DNA of 63,027 nt, counting the filler, from an uncultured Thermoplasmatales archaeon (GTDB lineage: Archaea > Thermoplasmatota > E2 > DHVEG-1), in the NCBI GenBank assembly GCA_964517155.1. It is 5 parts of 5 records of this genome, joined end to end, with 100 filler letters (N's around TTAATTAATTAA, not from the genome) between each part and the next. Parts side by side here need not be neighbours in the genome. Positions count along the whole stretch, not along the records: positions 25,936 to 41,433 come from CAZFAZ010000044.1; positions 41,534 to 50,573 come from CAZFAZ010000046.1; 3 more parts are not named here. One strand, given 5' to 3'. Below, one piece after another: positions 33,603-47,596 of this stretch. The position numbers and the translations under genes were made by a program. Under the pieces are notes generated by a model. It had not been told where the DNA came from. It made no database searches and saw nothing but the letters and a program-made list of their open reading frames with translations. Position 1 is the stretch's first letter; each line of letters opens with the position of its first letter.

Positions 33603-36600
33603 ATGCTTAAGCAACTTGGACATTTCATCGAAAAAAGACCATGGCTGGTCGTCACTATAATTTTACTAATAACAATTGTTTTTTCCACATTGATACCATC
33701 GATAAAAATGGAGACCACAACAGAAGATTTTATGCCAGATGACGAAATAGTAAACGCAAATAAAAGAGTGACAGAATATTTTGGGAAAACTGGCGAGGCA
33801 GTACTTATTTTTGTTGAAAAACAAAACGAACAAAACGCAGTTACACCAAAAGCATTGCGCGAAGAATACAAAATTTTACAAACGTTATACGAGAATTTTG
33901 ATGAAATTGAAGGATTTATAGGCGTAGCAAGCTTTGTTGACACAATGTGTCAACTTGAATTTGGCGACACACTTATTAATTGTACAGATGAACAGATAAT
34001 AACTGCGTATAAAGACATGATGGATGAGCCTACAAAAATTGAGTTAAAAATGCTAAGTATAGATGACCCAAACGAAGAAGTTGATTTTAATGCTTATCCG
34101 AGACTTTCAAAAGGAAAAAATATAGATTGCCTTGACATAAAAAACTATTATATCAATGCAAATGATGAAACATTAACATTTAGCATAGAAGTACATGACC
34201 TTTCAACATTTGAAAATGAAATTTCATCACCTCATAAAAAAATTAATACCTGGGAATGGTACATAGATTTTAAAAATTTAATAACACCTTATGAAGAACT
34301 AGACCTAGAGTATCAAATAGCCGCACACATCGAACCATCTCAACCAATATGGACAATAGGAAATGGTTTGATAGACAACTTGAAAGCTTTATTTAACAAT
34401 ATCAAAAATAGCCAAGTATTAAATTCATATAAATCAGAGGTATATCTTTGGATAAAACCACCCGGTCAAGATATTTCTTTTCCAATTACTTTAAAAACAG
34501 GAAATATAACATTTAACACTCATGAAAACAAAATTGAAATAAAAGTTGAAAAAACAGAACTTGGAAAATTTGGCATAGCGCCAAAATTTGGAAGCTTTGA
34601 GCTACCTGCAAAAATTGGTGACACAAAAGCAGGCGTTAGAATATATCAAACACCAATCCTTAATCAACCCTGGTCAAAAATTATCTTTAACACAAGTTAT
34701 CTACAGAAGACAATAGAACAAATTCAGACAAGACCAATAATAGATAAGGTTTCTACAAAAATATTACAAAAAATTGGCGATTTTTCATGGGAAGATTTCG
34801 ATGAAATATTTGAAATGTTAAACAGTGAAGAATTTGCAAAAGACAGCCTATCTTTAAAAGATCTATCTGACCGCTGGGTTGTTTTAGACGAAGCACCTGA
34901 TGAAAGACAATCTGAAAAAAGTTTTTTTATAAAACCATTTTTTGTTGAAAGCTTAAAGACCTCATCAATTATGTTTTTATCTCCTGATTTTGATAAACCC
35001 GCAGGACCAAGTACAACTCTTATGATGATTTATCTAAATGCAACTATAAAATATACTCAATTAGGAGAAATAAGTGCTGAAATAAAATCAAATATAATTG
35101 AGCTAAACAGCAAACAAAATTATGTTTCAATTAAGGCAACAGGCACAGGAATTATTTCAAATGATATGAATGAAGTTACAATGGAAGCAAATATGATAAT
35201 TATGCCAGCTATATTTATCATAATATGCTTAATTTTACTTATTATGTTCAAAAGCTTTTCATATGTTATTTTACCATTGCTAAGTCTTGCAATATCTGTT
35301 ATTTGGCTTTTCGGAAGCATGGTTCTTCTTGGAATAACTTTTAACATAATGATGGTAGCAATTGTACCATTACTAATGGGACTTGGCGTAGATTACTCAA
35401 TTCATCTGTTTCACGAATATAAATCCGAGTTGAAAAAAGGTAAAAAATCAGGACCTGCAATTGTTGCAGCAATAAGAGATATAGGTATGGCAATGTCTCT
35501 TGCAACGATTACCACAGTTATTGCATTTTTATCTTTTTTAACTGCAACTATTGAACCACTTCGTACGTTTGGTATTCTCTGCGCCCTTGGAATTATATAT
35601 ACACTTATCACAGCAATTACTTTTCAAGCAGCAGTAAGATATATCATTGACAGAAAGAAAACTAAACTTTTGCCAAAAAATAACCATAAAATATCACTTG
35701 ATTGCTATATGGAAAAGTTCTCAGATTTTGTTTTAAAACAACGCAAAAAAATAATTGTCGCCTCAGTTATTGTAACTATTTTTATGCTACTTGGCGCCAC
35801 TCAAGTTGAAACTACTTTTGATATGCATGATTTCTTGCCAGAAGGAAATGAATCTATGGAGCTTATGATGAACATAGGAGAATATTTCCCTTCATCAAGC
35901 GAGAATCAGGAATATATATTAATAGAAGGAAATGTAGCAACAGTTGCAGCTTTAAAAGGAATATCTGAGACATATGATAATTTAATAGATAATAAATACA
36001 TAGCAAAGACGCCAACTGGAGAGCCAAAAAGAAAATGCATTCTTTCAATTATAAAAAATGCTGTAAAAGATAACTCTTCAATAGCCTTAGATTTCAACCT
36101 TAACTCAGAAGGAATACCTCAAACAAATACAGAAGTAGTAAAACTTTTTGATTATTTCTACAACAACCCAGATTACATGATGGAAGTACGCAGTGTGCTT
36201 CATTACGACGGCCGCAAATATGATGCTACAGTTATAAGAGTTTATACAAGTATTAGCTACTCAGACTCTGAAGAATTAGATACAACCAAACAAGCAGGTA
36301 TGCTATATGATAGTTTAAACCAAGATATGACAAGCTATGGTGATGCAGAAGCTATAGTTACAGGACCATCATCTGCACTTTATACAATTGTTGGCTCTAT
36401 GACCAATAGTCAAATTATATCAACTTTTATCTCAATTATACTTGCAGCACTAGTTCTAATTATAGTATTTAAAAATCCATTACTTGGACTAATCGCAGTT
36501 ATACCAGTTGGAATATGTATGATATGGATAATTGGAACTATTTACTTTATAGGATACTCATTTAATATCATGACCATTATGGTAACAAGCCTAACAATCG

Positions 36601-36935
36601 GCATAGGAATAGACTATGCAATCCATGCAACACAAAGATTCAGACTTACAGCAGATAGAACAGGCGATGTTGAAAAAGCAGTTTGTCAAACAGTAGGCCA
36701 CACTGGAGGTGCACTATTTATAGCAGCACTTACAACAGTCGCAGGATTTGGGCTACTTGTTCTTGCACCAATGCCACCTGAGCAACAATTTGGAATTATA
36801 ACTTCAATGACCATAATTTATGCATATATCACTTCAATTATCGTGTTACCTCCAATTTTAATGAAATGGGGAAAATGGAGAAAAAAGAAGAAAGGTTTTA
36901 TAATCTCACCAAACCCGCCCAAAAATGATGAATAA
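33603..36935 (+). CDS. RND-superfamily (MMPL/HAE3) exporter
   Basis: Two TM repeats with GLGVDYSIH and GIGIDYAIH, two large extracytoplasmic loops. Confidence 0.9.
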   Translation: MLKQLGHFIEKRPWLVVTIILLITIVFSTLIPSIKMETTTEDFMPDDEIVNANKRVTEYFGKTGEAVLIFVEKQNEQNAVTPKALREEYKILQTLYENFDEIEGFIGVASFVDTMCQLEFGDTLINCTDEQIITAYKDMMDEPTKIELKMLSIDDPNEEVDFNAYPRLSKGKNIDCLDIKNYYINANDETLTFSIEVHDLSTFENEISSPHKKINTWEWYIDFKNLITPYEELDLEYQIAAHIEPSQPIWTIGNGLIDNLKALFNNIKNSQVLNSYKSEVYLWIKPPGQDISFPITLKTGNITFNTHENKIEIKVEKTELGKFGIAPKFGSFELPAKIGDTKAGVRIYQTPILNQPWSKIIFNTSYLQKTIEQIQTRPIIDKVSTKILQKIGDFSWEDFDEIFEMLNSEEFAKDSLSLKDLSDRWVVLDEAPDERQSEKSFFIKPFFVESLKTSSIMFLSPDFDKPAGPSTTLMMIYLNATIKYTQLGEISAEIKSNIIELNSKQNYVSIKATGTGIISNDMNEVTMEANMIIMPAIFIIICLILLIMFKSFSYVILPLLSLAISVIWLFGSMVLLGITFNIMMVAIVPLLMGLGVDYSIHLFHEYKSELKKGKKSGPAIVAAIRDIGMAMSLATITTVIAFLSFLTATIEPLRTFGILCALGIIYTLITAITFQAAVRYIIDRKKTKLLPKNNHKISLDCYMEKFSDFVLKQRKKIIVASVIVTIFMLLGATQVETTFDMHDFLPEGNESMELMMNIGEYFPSSSENQEYILIEGNVATVAALKGISETYDNLIDNKYIAKTPTGEPKRKCILSIIKNAVKDNSSIALDFNLNSEGIPQTNTEVVKLFDYFYNNPDYMMEVRSVLHYDGRKYDATVIRVYTSISYSDSEELDTTKQAGMLYDSLNQDMTSYGDAEAIVTGPSSALYTIVGSMTNSQIISTFISIILAALVLIIVFKNPLLGLIAVIPVGICMIWIIGTIYFIGYSFNIMTIMVTSLTIGIGIDYAIHATQRFRLTADRTGDVEKAVCQTVGHTGGALFIAALTTVAGFGLLVLAPMPPEQQFGIITSMTIIYAYITSIIVLPPILMKWGKWRKKKKGFIISPNPPKNDE

Positions 36936-40583
<3,648 letters not shown>

Positions 40584-40673
40584 AAATTTTTTTTATTTTT
40601 TCTTCTTTTTTATATATTTTTTGCAAAGACTATTTTATTTGTTTAGCATTACCATTTTTTAGGTGCACCAATT

Positions 40674-41433
40674 TTGGAGAAAAGAGCAAAAGAGATAGGA
40701 GACATCATAAAAAAATCTAAAAAGATTCATATTGTAAGTCATATCGATGCCGATGGCCTTACAGCTGGAAGTATTGCATATAAAACACTGGAGAGACTTG
40801 GCAAAGATTTTTCTATTGAATTTGTCAAACAAATAGATGAAGAGGTTGTAAAAAACCTTAAAAATCAAAATCATGAACTTGTATGGTTTACAGATCTTGG
40901 AAGTAGCATCAGCACAATCTCAGATATAAACATGATTATAACTGATCATCATGAATGCCCAGAAAACGCAAATAAATCGTTTCATTTAAACCCTCATCTT
41001 TTTGGTATAGATGGAGGTTTTGAAATAAGTGGTGCAGGAACAACGTATCTTGTTTCAAAAGCAATAAATAAAGAAAACATGGATTTATCTGCTCTTGCAA
41101 TAGTTGGAGCCTGCGGAGATATACAAGATAAAAAATACAGCAGACTTATGAGTTTAAACCGGGATATTTTAAACGATGGGAAAAAACTAGATGTTATTGA
41201 TTCAAGAATTGATATTCGCTATTTTGGTCGCGAAACAAGACCTGTGTATAAACTTTTACAATATGCAAGTGACCCAGCAATACCAGGAATAACTGGGAGA
41301 GAATCATCATGTATTTCTTTTTTGCAAGAAATTGGGATAAAATTAAAAGATGGCGATTTTTGGCGCCGTTGGATCGACCTTACAAAAGATGAAAGAACCC
41401 TTGTTATTTCAAATATCGCACAAACTCTTCTAA
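40674..41433 (+). CDS. DHH-family phosphoesterase (RecJ/GAN-like), 3'-truncated
   Basis: SHIDADG, FTDLGS, TDHH, HLNPH, GACGD. Confidence 0.9.
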
Positions 41434-41533
41434 NNNNNNNNNNNNNNNNNNNNNNNNNNNNNNNNNNNNNNNNNNNNTTAATTAATTAANNNNNNNNNNN
41501 NNNNNNNNNNNNNNNNNNNNNNNNNNNNNNNNN
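41434..41533. other. Artificial contig linker
   Basis: N run - TTAATTAATTAA - N run. Confidence 0.98.
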
Positions 41534-41534
41534 A

Positions 41535-44500
41535 TCTGATAAAAACCAGAAACTTGAGAAAAAAACAAATGATTATGAAAACCTTAAACAAAAAGTATTA
41601 CTCATAGACGAAAACATAGAAAACATTAGAAATGAAATTGATGAAAAAGACCAAGAGATAGAAAAAACAAAAAACTTGCTTTTTGAAAAAGAAGAAGAAC
41701 TAAACGATAAAAAAAGAGAAATAACACATCTAGAAAAAGAGTTAGACGAAGAGAAAAAAAGCAGTAAAAATCGTAATGTTAAAAAACTTAAAAAAGAGCT
41801 TGTTCATAAAGAAAAAGAGTTATCAGATAAAACAAATAAATTAGAAGAATTAAAAGCCAAATATGAAGCAAAACAAAAAGATTACAAAGAAATTAATGAA
41901 CAACTAAGCATAGAAAAAGAAAAATTTGAATCATTAGAAAAAGAATTAAATCAAACTTTAAAAAGTCTTAATGACCTGGAAACAAAAATAAATACAAAAG
42001 ATGAAAATATATCAGAAATAAATGAAGAGCTGGAGCAGAGAACTTTAGAAATTAAAAAACAATATGATAAAATTGAAACATTAGAAACAGAACTACAGGG
42101 TCGTTTAAATGATCTTGAATTCAGAAATACAGAGCTTAGTAAAAGCAGAGAAGAAATAGAAAAACTACAACAAAACACAGAAAACCTACAAGACCAACTA
42201 GATAGAAAACAACAAGAAATAACAGATATACAAACAGAACTGGAAAACAAACAAAATGAAATTTCCAGTTTAAAGTTAGATCTTATAATGAGAAATGAAG
42301 ATTTAAGATTAAGCAAACTTGAAACCCAGGAAAAAAATGATGAAATACAAAATATCAAAAAAGAGCTAGAAGAAAAAATATTTCTGATAGATGATATTCA
42401 AACACATTTATCAGATAAACAAAGCGCCCTTGAAAAACTAGAGTTTGAAATAGCTGAAAAAGAAGCAGCGCTTGAACAAACATGTACTGATTTTGAATCA
42501 TTTAAAAGTGATTTAGAAGAAAAAAATCTGTTGATAAATAAGCTAAATACAGAACTGGCAAATGAAAAGGAAAAATCAGAGCCTCTTTCAGAAGAGCTTA
42601 GAAAAGCACGTGAGAATTTAGAAGAAAATTTATTAGTTTTAAATGAAAAAGAGCAAAAGATATGTGATCTGCAAGTTCAAATACAGGATAAAAAAGAACA
42701 ATTATCAGAGATACAAGCAGATCTTTTTGATAAAGAAGATGCACTTAACACTCTAAACTTGGAAATTGAAACAAGAAACCAGATAATAGAGCAAATGCAG
42801 CAGCAAATCCACAAAGATAATGATTTAATGTTTGAAAAAGTAGAAAAAGCAAACAAACTAGAAATACAGCTTGCAAAAAATCAGGAAGAACTCAATGAAA
42901 AATCAACATTGCTTTTCTCTAAAGAAGATTTTATTAACAGCCTTAAAAAAGAATTATCAGATAGACTTGAGGATTTACAATGGAGAAACAGCGAGTTAAA
43001 CAAAAAACAAGATGAACTAGAAAAAACAACTTATGAATTAAAAAAGATGCAAACAGAGCTGGAAAATAAAAACTTTGCATTTGAAAATCTTTTAAGTGAT
43101 TTTGAAAATAAAAATATTCAGTTAAATAATCTTAAAAGTTTGATAAGTGAAAAAACACTTGAAGTTGAAACTTTAACTAGCGAGCTAGAAAACAGAAACG
43201 AGATAATAAATCAGATAACTCAACAGCTTGCACAAAATCATGAAACATTAATTACAAAAGCAAGTACTGTAGGCAGTCTTGAAACACAACTATCTGTAAA
43301 TCAGCATCAGATGAAGCAAGCAATGGAGAAACTAAATTTTAAGGAAAATGAAATTTTAAAACTTGAGGAAGAACTAAATAAAAAAACCCAGTTTATAAAA
43401 GCAAGAGACAATCTTATATCACGACAGCAAGATGAACTAAATAGTATCTGTTTTGAGCTTGAAACAAAAAAACAAGAATATGAAACTCAATTTGAGAATC
43501 TAACTAATCTTGAAAAAGAACTAAAGACAAGACAAACAGAGATAGAAACATTATATGCAGATATTGAAACAAGAAACCAGATAATAAATGAAATAAAACA
43601 ACAGTTAACGCAAAATCATCTGCAGCTAGTTGATAAAACAAATACTTTAGCAGGTTTTGAAAAAGAATTACTTCTCAAAGACGAAAATATAACAAGTCTG
43701 CAAAAGGAACTAAAAGATAGAACAGAAGATTTAGAATGGCGAAACAATGAATTAAACAAAAAACAAGATGAAATAACTGCTCTTCAGACAAATATACAAA
43801 ATATACAAGTGGAACTAGAAAATAAAACTCAGGAGTTAAATTCAAGTAAACAGCTATTAGAACAAAAAACAAGTGAAATAACTAGGTTAGATACAACTTT
43901 AAAGCAAAATCAAGAAGAACTAAACATTAAACACAGTGAAATAATAAAACTAGAAACAGAACTGAAACACAAAGGAGAAGATTTAGAATCAGCATTAAAT
44001 GATTTAAAGAATCGCAATAATATAATTGATAATTTAAAAAATCAGCTTCATGATAGGCAATCGCATATACTTGAAAAAACACATTTTGAAGAAAAACTAA
44101 GAAATGAAATACAGCTTAAAAACAAAGAACTTGAAGATAAAACAACAGTGATTTCACAGCTTAACACTGAGCGCGATAAACTCTTTGTTAACTTTTCAAA
44201 TCTTCAGAATTCTATTCCAAATCCTGTTTTAATCACAGATTACAATGGAAACATTACAACTATAAACAAAAGAGCAGAAGAGATGTTAGGCCTTGATATA
44301 AACCGTATCAAAGGCTCAAAAATACATGAAATTGATGTATTAAACGATGAAAGAATTCTTGATGCAAATAAAAAAGCGCAAACTAGTAAAAAACAAATAA
44401 AAACAAGCTCTTTTGCACTTACAGATAAAGAAGGAAGCATAAAATTAACAGATGTATTTCATATGCCACTTGTTGATACAAAAGGCGGTGTGCAAGGCTC

Positions 44501-46649
44501 AATAATTGTTTTTGATGATATCAGTAAAATAGCAGGTCTTCAAGCAGAAATAGAGCAAAGAGATGAGGAATTCAATAATCTTAATGCACGTTTCCAGCAG
44601 TCGTATAAAAGGTTGAGTCTGGTTGACCAGGAGATAGAGCTGACAAATGAAGAGCTTAGAAAAAAGAAACAAGAAATCTCTGGAAAAGAACAAACACTGC
44701 AAACTTTAAAAGATGAACTAGAAACAACAAAACTAGAGTTAACAGATAAAGAACAAATCTTAAAACATACTCAAGATGAACTTTTAGAAAGGCAAACAGA
44801 AATAGAAAAACTTGAGTTGGATTTAGAAAATACAAGGCTTTCTTTATCTGATAAACAAGAGGAAATAAAAACAATTCAAAATGATATATTTGAAAAAACA
44901 AATAAGTTAGAAGAAAAAACTAAAGACCTTGGATTTTTATCAGAAGAGCTTAATTCTACAAAAAATAAATTAGAACAAAGGGAAAATGAGCTAGTTGAGC
45001 TAAATCAGAGGTTACATGTTAAAACAGGAGAGATACAGGAAAGCCAACAGCAGATAATGAGTCTTGAAACAGAACTTGCCCAAAGGCAAAACAAACTTGA
45101 GGAGTTAACAGATAAACTTGAAGAAAAAACTGATGAAAATGTTCAATTACAGTTAAAATTAGACCACAGATTAGAAGAATTAAATCAGAAAACAAATGAT
45201 TTTGAAGTAATACAAAAAGCCTTGCAAGAAAAAACACAAACTCTCTCAGAGCTTGAATCAAACTTTGAAAAAACACAAAATACGCTAGATGAAAAAACAA
45301 CTGAGTTATCTGATAAAAACATGCAGATAAACGAACTTACTGAAGAACTTAAAGCAGGTAAATCTGCACTTAACTGGTTTAAGGTAGAAGTTGAAGAAAA
45401 ACAAAGAAAAATAGAGCAGGTCACCTCTGAGCTTACAAAAAGACAACAAGATTTTGAAGAATTAACAAAAAATTTGCATACCCATAAAGAGCTTGTTGAT
45501 GCAAAAACACTTGCGATCGATAACCTGCAAAAAGAACTAGAGGATACCTCGGAAGTTTTAAAATTAAAAGATTCAGAGTTAGAAAGTACAAAATCAGATT
45601 TGCAGGATAAATTACAAAATATCGCAAATCTTGAAGAACAATTAGAGAAAAAACAAGAGGATTTAACTATTAGAAACAGTAGGCTTATATCAAGAGAAAA
45701 ACAGATAAATGAGCTGCAAACAGAGCTGGGAAACACCTTAAAACAACTAGAGTCTGCAAACAGCGAGCTTTTAAAACAAAGGCAAAACATTGAAAAATTA
45801 CATAATGAAAGACAAAGTCTTGTCTTTGAATTTAATCAGATGAAAAACTCTATTTCTTCTTCAATTGTAATTCTTGATAAAGATAACAACATAATAAACT
45901 GGAATAAAAAAGCAGAAGAGATGCTAGGTTTAGAATCTGACATTTTAAAAGGTTTGAATGCATCAAAACTAGATCTTATGAAAAAAGAAAGAATAATTGA
46001 GAAGATGAACGAGTTTGATAAAAATAAAAAACCTGTAACTGTAAAATCTATATCTGTTAAAAACAAGAAAGGAGAAATCACTCTTACTGATATTACAAAG
46101 CTTCCTATGCATAAATCAAACGGTGAATTACACGGATCTATTATGATACTTGATGACGTGAGTAGAACTGCGGAGGCAGAAGCAGAGCTTGAGCGTAAAA
46201 CAAAGGATTTGCAGATTCTTGATAGTAAATTTAAAGATGCTTATACTAAACTTAAGCTTGTAAATCAGGGTAAAATTGCTGTATCCGATCATATTGCAAA
46301 TCTTTCCGAGAATAAAGAAAAAGAAATAAGACATATCGGAAGGGTTCTTGAGGAGAAACAAAAAGAGTTAGAAGTAATAAATAACACTATTTTGTCTAAA
46401 ACAAGTGAACTTGAAAATATTACAGCAAATCTTTCTGATAAACAAAATACTCTGCAGATAATTCAAAGTGAGCTTAATATGAGAAAAGCAGAGATTGAAA
46501 CAACTCCTATGACTGAAGAGGTTTTAAGTAAAACGTTAAAAGAAAAACTTAAGCTTTATGATGAAATTGATAAAACATTGGGTCTTTCTGAAGAAGAAGT
46601 AATTAAAACAAAAAAGTTAGATAATGATTTAGAGTTAGAAGATAAATAA
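41535..46649 (+). CDS. Giant coiled-coil protein with two PAS domains, 5'-truncated
   Basis: Frame is open from the contig edge (SDKNQKLEKK...). Heptad E/K/L/Q-rich sequence. Two PAS-like units: SIPNPVLITDYNGNITTINKRAEEMLG and SISSSIVILDKDNNIINWNKKAEEMLG, each ending GSI..xDD. Confidence 0.85.
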   Translation, partial: SDKNQKLEKKTNDYENLKQKVLLIDENIENIRNEIDEKDQEIEKTKNLLFEKEEELNDKKREITHLEKELDEEKKSSKNRNVKKLKKELVHKEKELSDKTNKLEELKAKYEAKQKDYKEINEQLSIEKEKFESLEKELNQTLKSLNDLETKINTKDENISEINEELEQRTLEIKKQYDKIETLETELQGRLNDLEFRNTELSKSREEIEKLQQNTENLQDQLDRKQQEITDIQTELENKQNEISSLKLDLIMRNEDLRLSKLETQEKNDEIQNIKKELEEKIFLIDDIQTHLSDKQSALEKLEFEIAEKEAALEQTCTDFESFKSDLEEKNLLINKLNTELANEKEKSEPLSEELRKARENLEENLLVLNEKEQKICDLQVQIQDKKEQLSEIQADLFDKEDALNTLNLEIETRNQIIEQMQQQIHKDNDLMFEKVEKANKLEIQLAKNQEELNEKSTLLFSKEDFINSLKKELSDRLEDLQWRNSELNKKQDELEKTTYELKKMQTELENKNFAFENLLSDFENKNIQLNNLKSLISEKTLEVETLTSELENRNEIINQITQQLAQNHETLITKASTVGSLETQLSVNQHQMKQAMEKLNFKENEILKLEEELNKKTQFIKARDNLISRQQDELNSICFELETKKQEYETQFENLTNLEKELKTRQTEIETLYADIETRNQIINEIKQQLTQNHLQLVDKTNTLAGFEKELLLKDENITSLQKELKDRTEDLEWRNNELNKKQDEITALQTNIQNIQVELENKTQELNSSKQLLEQKTSEITRLDTTLKQNQEELNIKHSEIIKLETELKHKGEDLESALNDLKNRNNIIDNLKNQLHDRQSHILEKTHFEEKLRNEIQLKNKELEDKTTVISQLNTERDKLFVNFSNLQNSIPNPVLITDYNGNITTINKRAEEMLGLDINRIKGSKIHEIDVLNDERILDANKKAQTSKKQIKTSSFALTDKEGSIKLTDVFHMPLVDTKGGVQGSIIVFDDISKIAGLQAEIEQRDEEFNNLNARFQQSYKRLSLVDQEIELTNEELRKKKQEISGKEQTLQTLKDELETTKLELTDKEQILKHTQDELLERQTEIEKLELDLENTRLSLSDKQEEIKTIQNDIFEKTNKLEEKTKDLGFLSEELNSTKNKLEQRENELVELNQRLHVKTGEIQESQQQIMSLETELAQRQNKLEELTDKLEEKTDENVQLQLKLDHRLEELNQKTNDFEVIQKALQEKTQTLSELESNFEKTQNTLDEKTTELSDKNMQINELTEELKAGKSALNWFKVEVEEKQRKIEQVTSELTKRQQDFEELTKNLHTHKELVDAKTLAIDNLQKELEDTSEVLKLKDSELESTKSDLQDKLQNIANLEEQLEKKQEDLTIRNSRLISREKQINELQTELGNTLKQLESANSELLKQRQNIEKLHNERQSLVFEFNQMKNSISSSIVILDKDNNIINWNKKAEEMLGLESDILKGLNASKLDLMKKERIIEKMNEFDKNKKPVTVKSISVKNKKGEITLTDITKLPMHKSNGELHGSIMILDDVSRTAEAEAELERKTKDLQILDSKFKDAYTKLKLVNQGKIAVSDHIANLSENKEKEIRHIGRVLEEKQKELEVINNTILSKTSELENITANLSDKQNTLQIIQSELNMRKAEIETTPMTEEVLSKTLKEKLKLYDEIDKTLGLSEEEVIKTKKLDNDLELEDK

Positions 46650-46666
46650 TAACTCTATTTATTTTT

Positions 46667-47296
46667 TTATTCAAATGTTATAATTGATTTCATAGGCATT
46701 GGTGCTTTAAGTATTGTCGTGCGTGTTATGCCGCTAGAGGGAAACATTGTTATTTTTATTGTATCGTATTTGCTCATTTGCATATCTGTTGGTAATTTGA
46801 ATACTAGATAAGCATTATCGCTGTTTTCGTTTAAAACATGATAATTTGTTATTGATTCATCTATATCCATTATGCTTATAAGTCCAAAGTTTTCAATACT
46901 AATATCATCCCAAAGTGTATGTTCGAATAGGGATTGAACACCTATTTTTGCTGAGTTGCTGTTGTAATAAAGCATTCTTATTGTTTCACCGTTGTCTATT
47001 TGGATTGTGAGTTGAGTCATATCTATGTTTTGTGATACTAGTGGCGATATAAGTAGCGCTATTTTTTGGATTTTTTGAACATTATCTGTTTTGTAGTACT
47101 TTCCTTTTTGATCTTTTATCTGTATGTAAGATGTTATTTCATCAATTACTTCTCTAGTTATTTGCTCTAAATCTTGTTCTTCTGTAGTTGTAGAAGTTGT
47201 TTCTTCTGTTAAAACAGATGCAGCTGTTACCACTATAAGCATTATTGCAATCAGTATTATTACTGTAGCTATTCCTGAGCTCCCCCAGTTTTTCAT
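46667..47296 (-). CDS. Archaellin (FlaB/ArlB)-family protein, divergent
   Basis: Class III signal MKNWG|SSGIATVIILIAIMLIVVTAASVL; IDMTQLTI, FGLISIMDID, NSDNAYLVF match the archaellin layout. Confidence 0.8.
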   Translation of the reverse strand: MKNWGSSGIATVIILIAIMLIVVTAASVLTEETTSTTTEEQDLEQITREVIDEITSYIQIKDQKGKYYKTDNVQKIQKIALLISPLVSQNIDMTQLTIQIDNGETIRMLYYNSNSAKIGVQSLFEHTLWDDISIENFGLISIMDIDESITNYHVLNENSDNAYLVFKLPTDMQMSKYDTIKITMFPSSGITRTTILKAPMPMKSIITFE

Positions 47297-47596
47297 TTTT
47301 TATCACTTATCGTTTTCCTAGATATATCTTAGTAAACATTATTATTTAAAGCTTATTATACAAATGTTATCAAAATAATGTGTATTATGAAGAAAAAGTA
47401 ATTTTTGTTATTTATTTTTTTAAATATTTTTGACAAAATGTCATTTTGAGGTTTTTGCCATTTCCGCCCTTTTTACAGATATGACAGTATACCGGGGAAG
47501 CTTTAAATAGTGTTAATTGAGAACAGATAACATGAAATACATTAACATGCCGTGATGTGGCATGGTAATGAAATGAAAGAAAGGTGGTGAAAAGAA

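Noticed and set aside
41951..46361. Ser/Phe/Cys-rich minus-strand ORFs inside the giant coiled-coil gene
   Set aside because: Expected reverse-complement products of GAA/AAA/CAA-rich codons
41535..46649. SMC/Rad50 or chemoreceptor assignment for the giant protein
   Set aside because: No Walker B/signature motif at the C-terminus, no hinge or zinc hook, and no MCP hairpin motif
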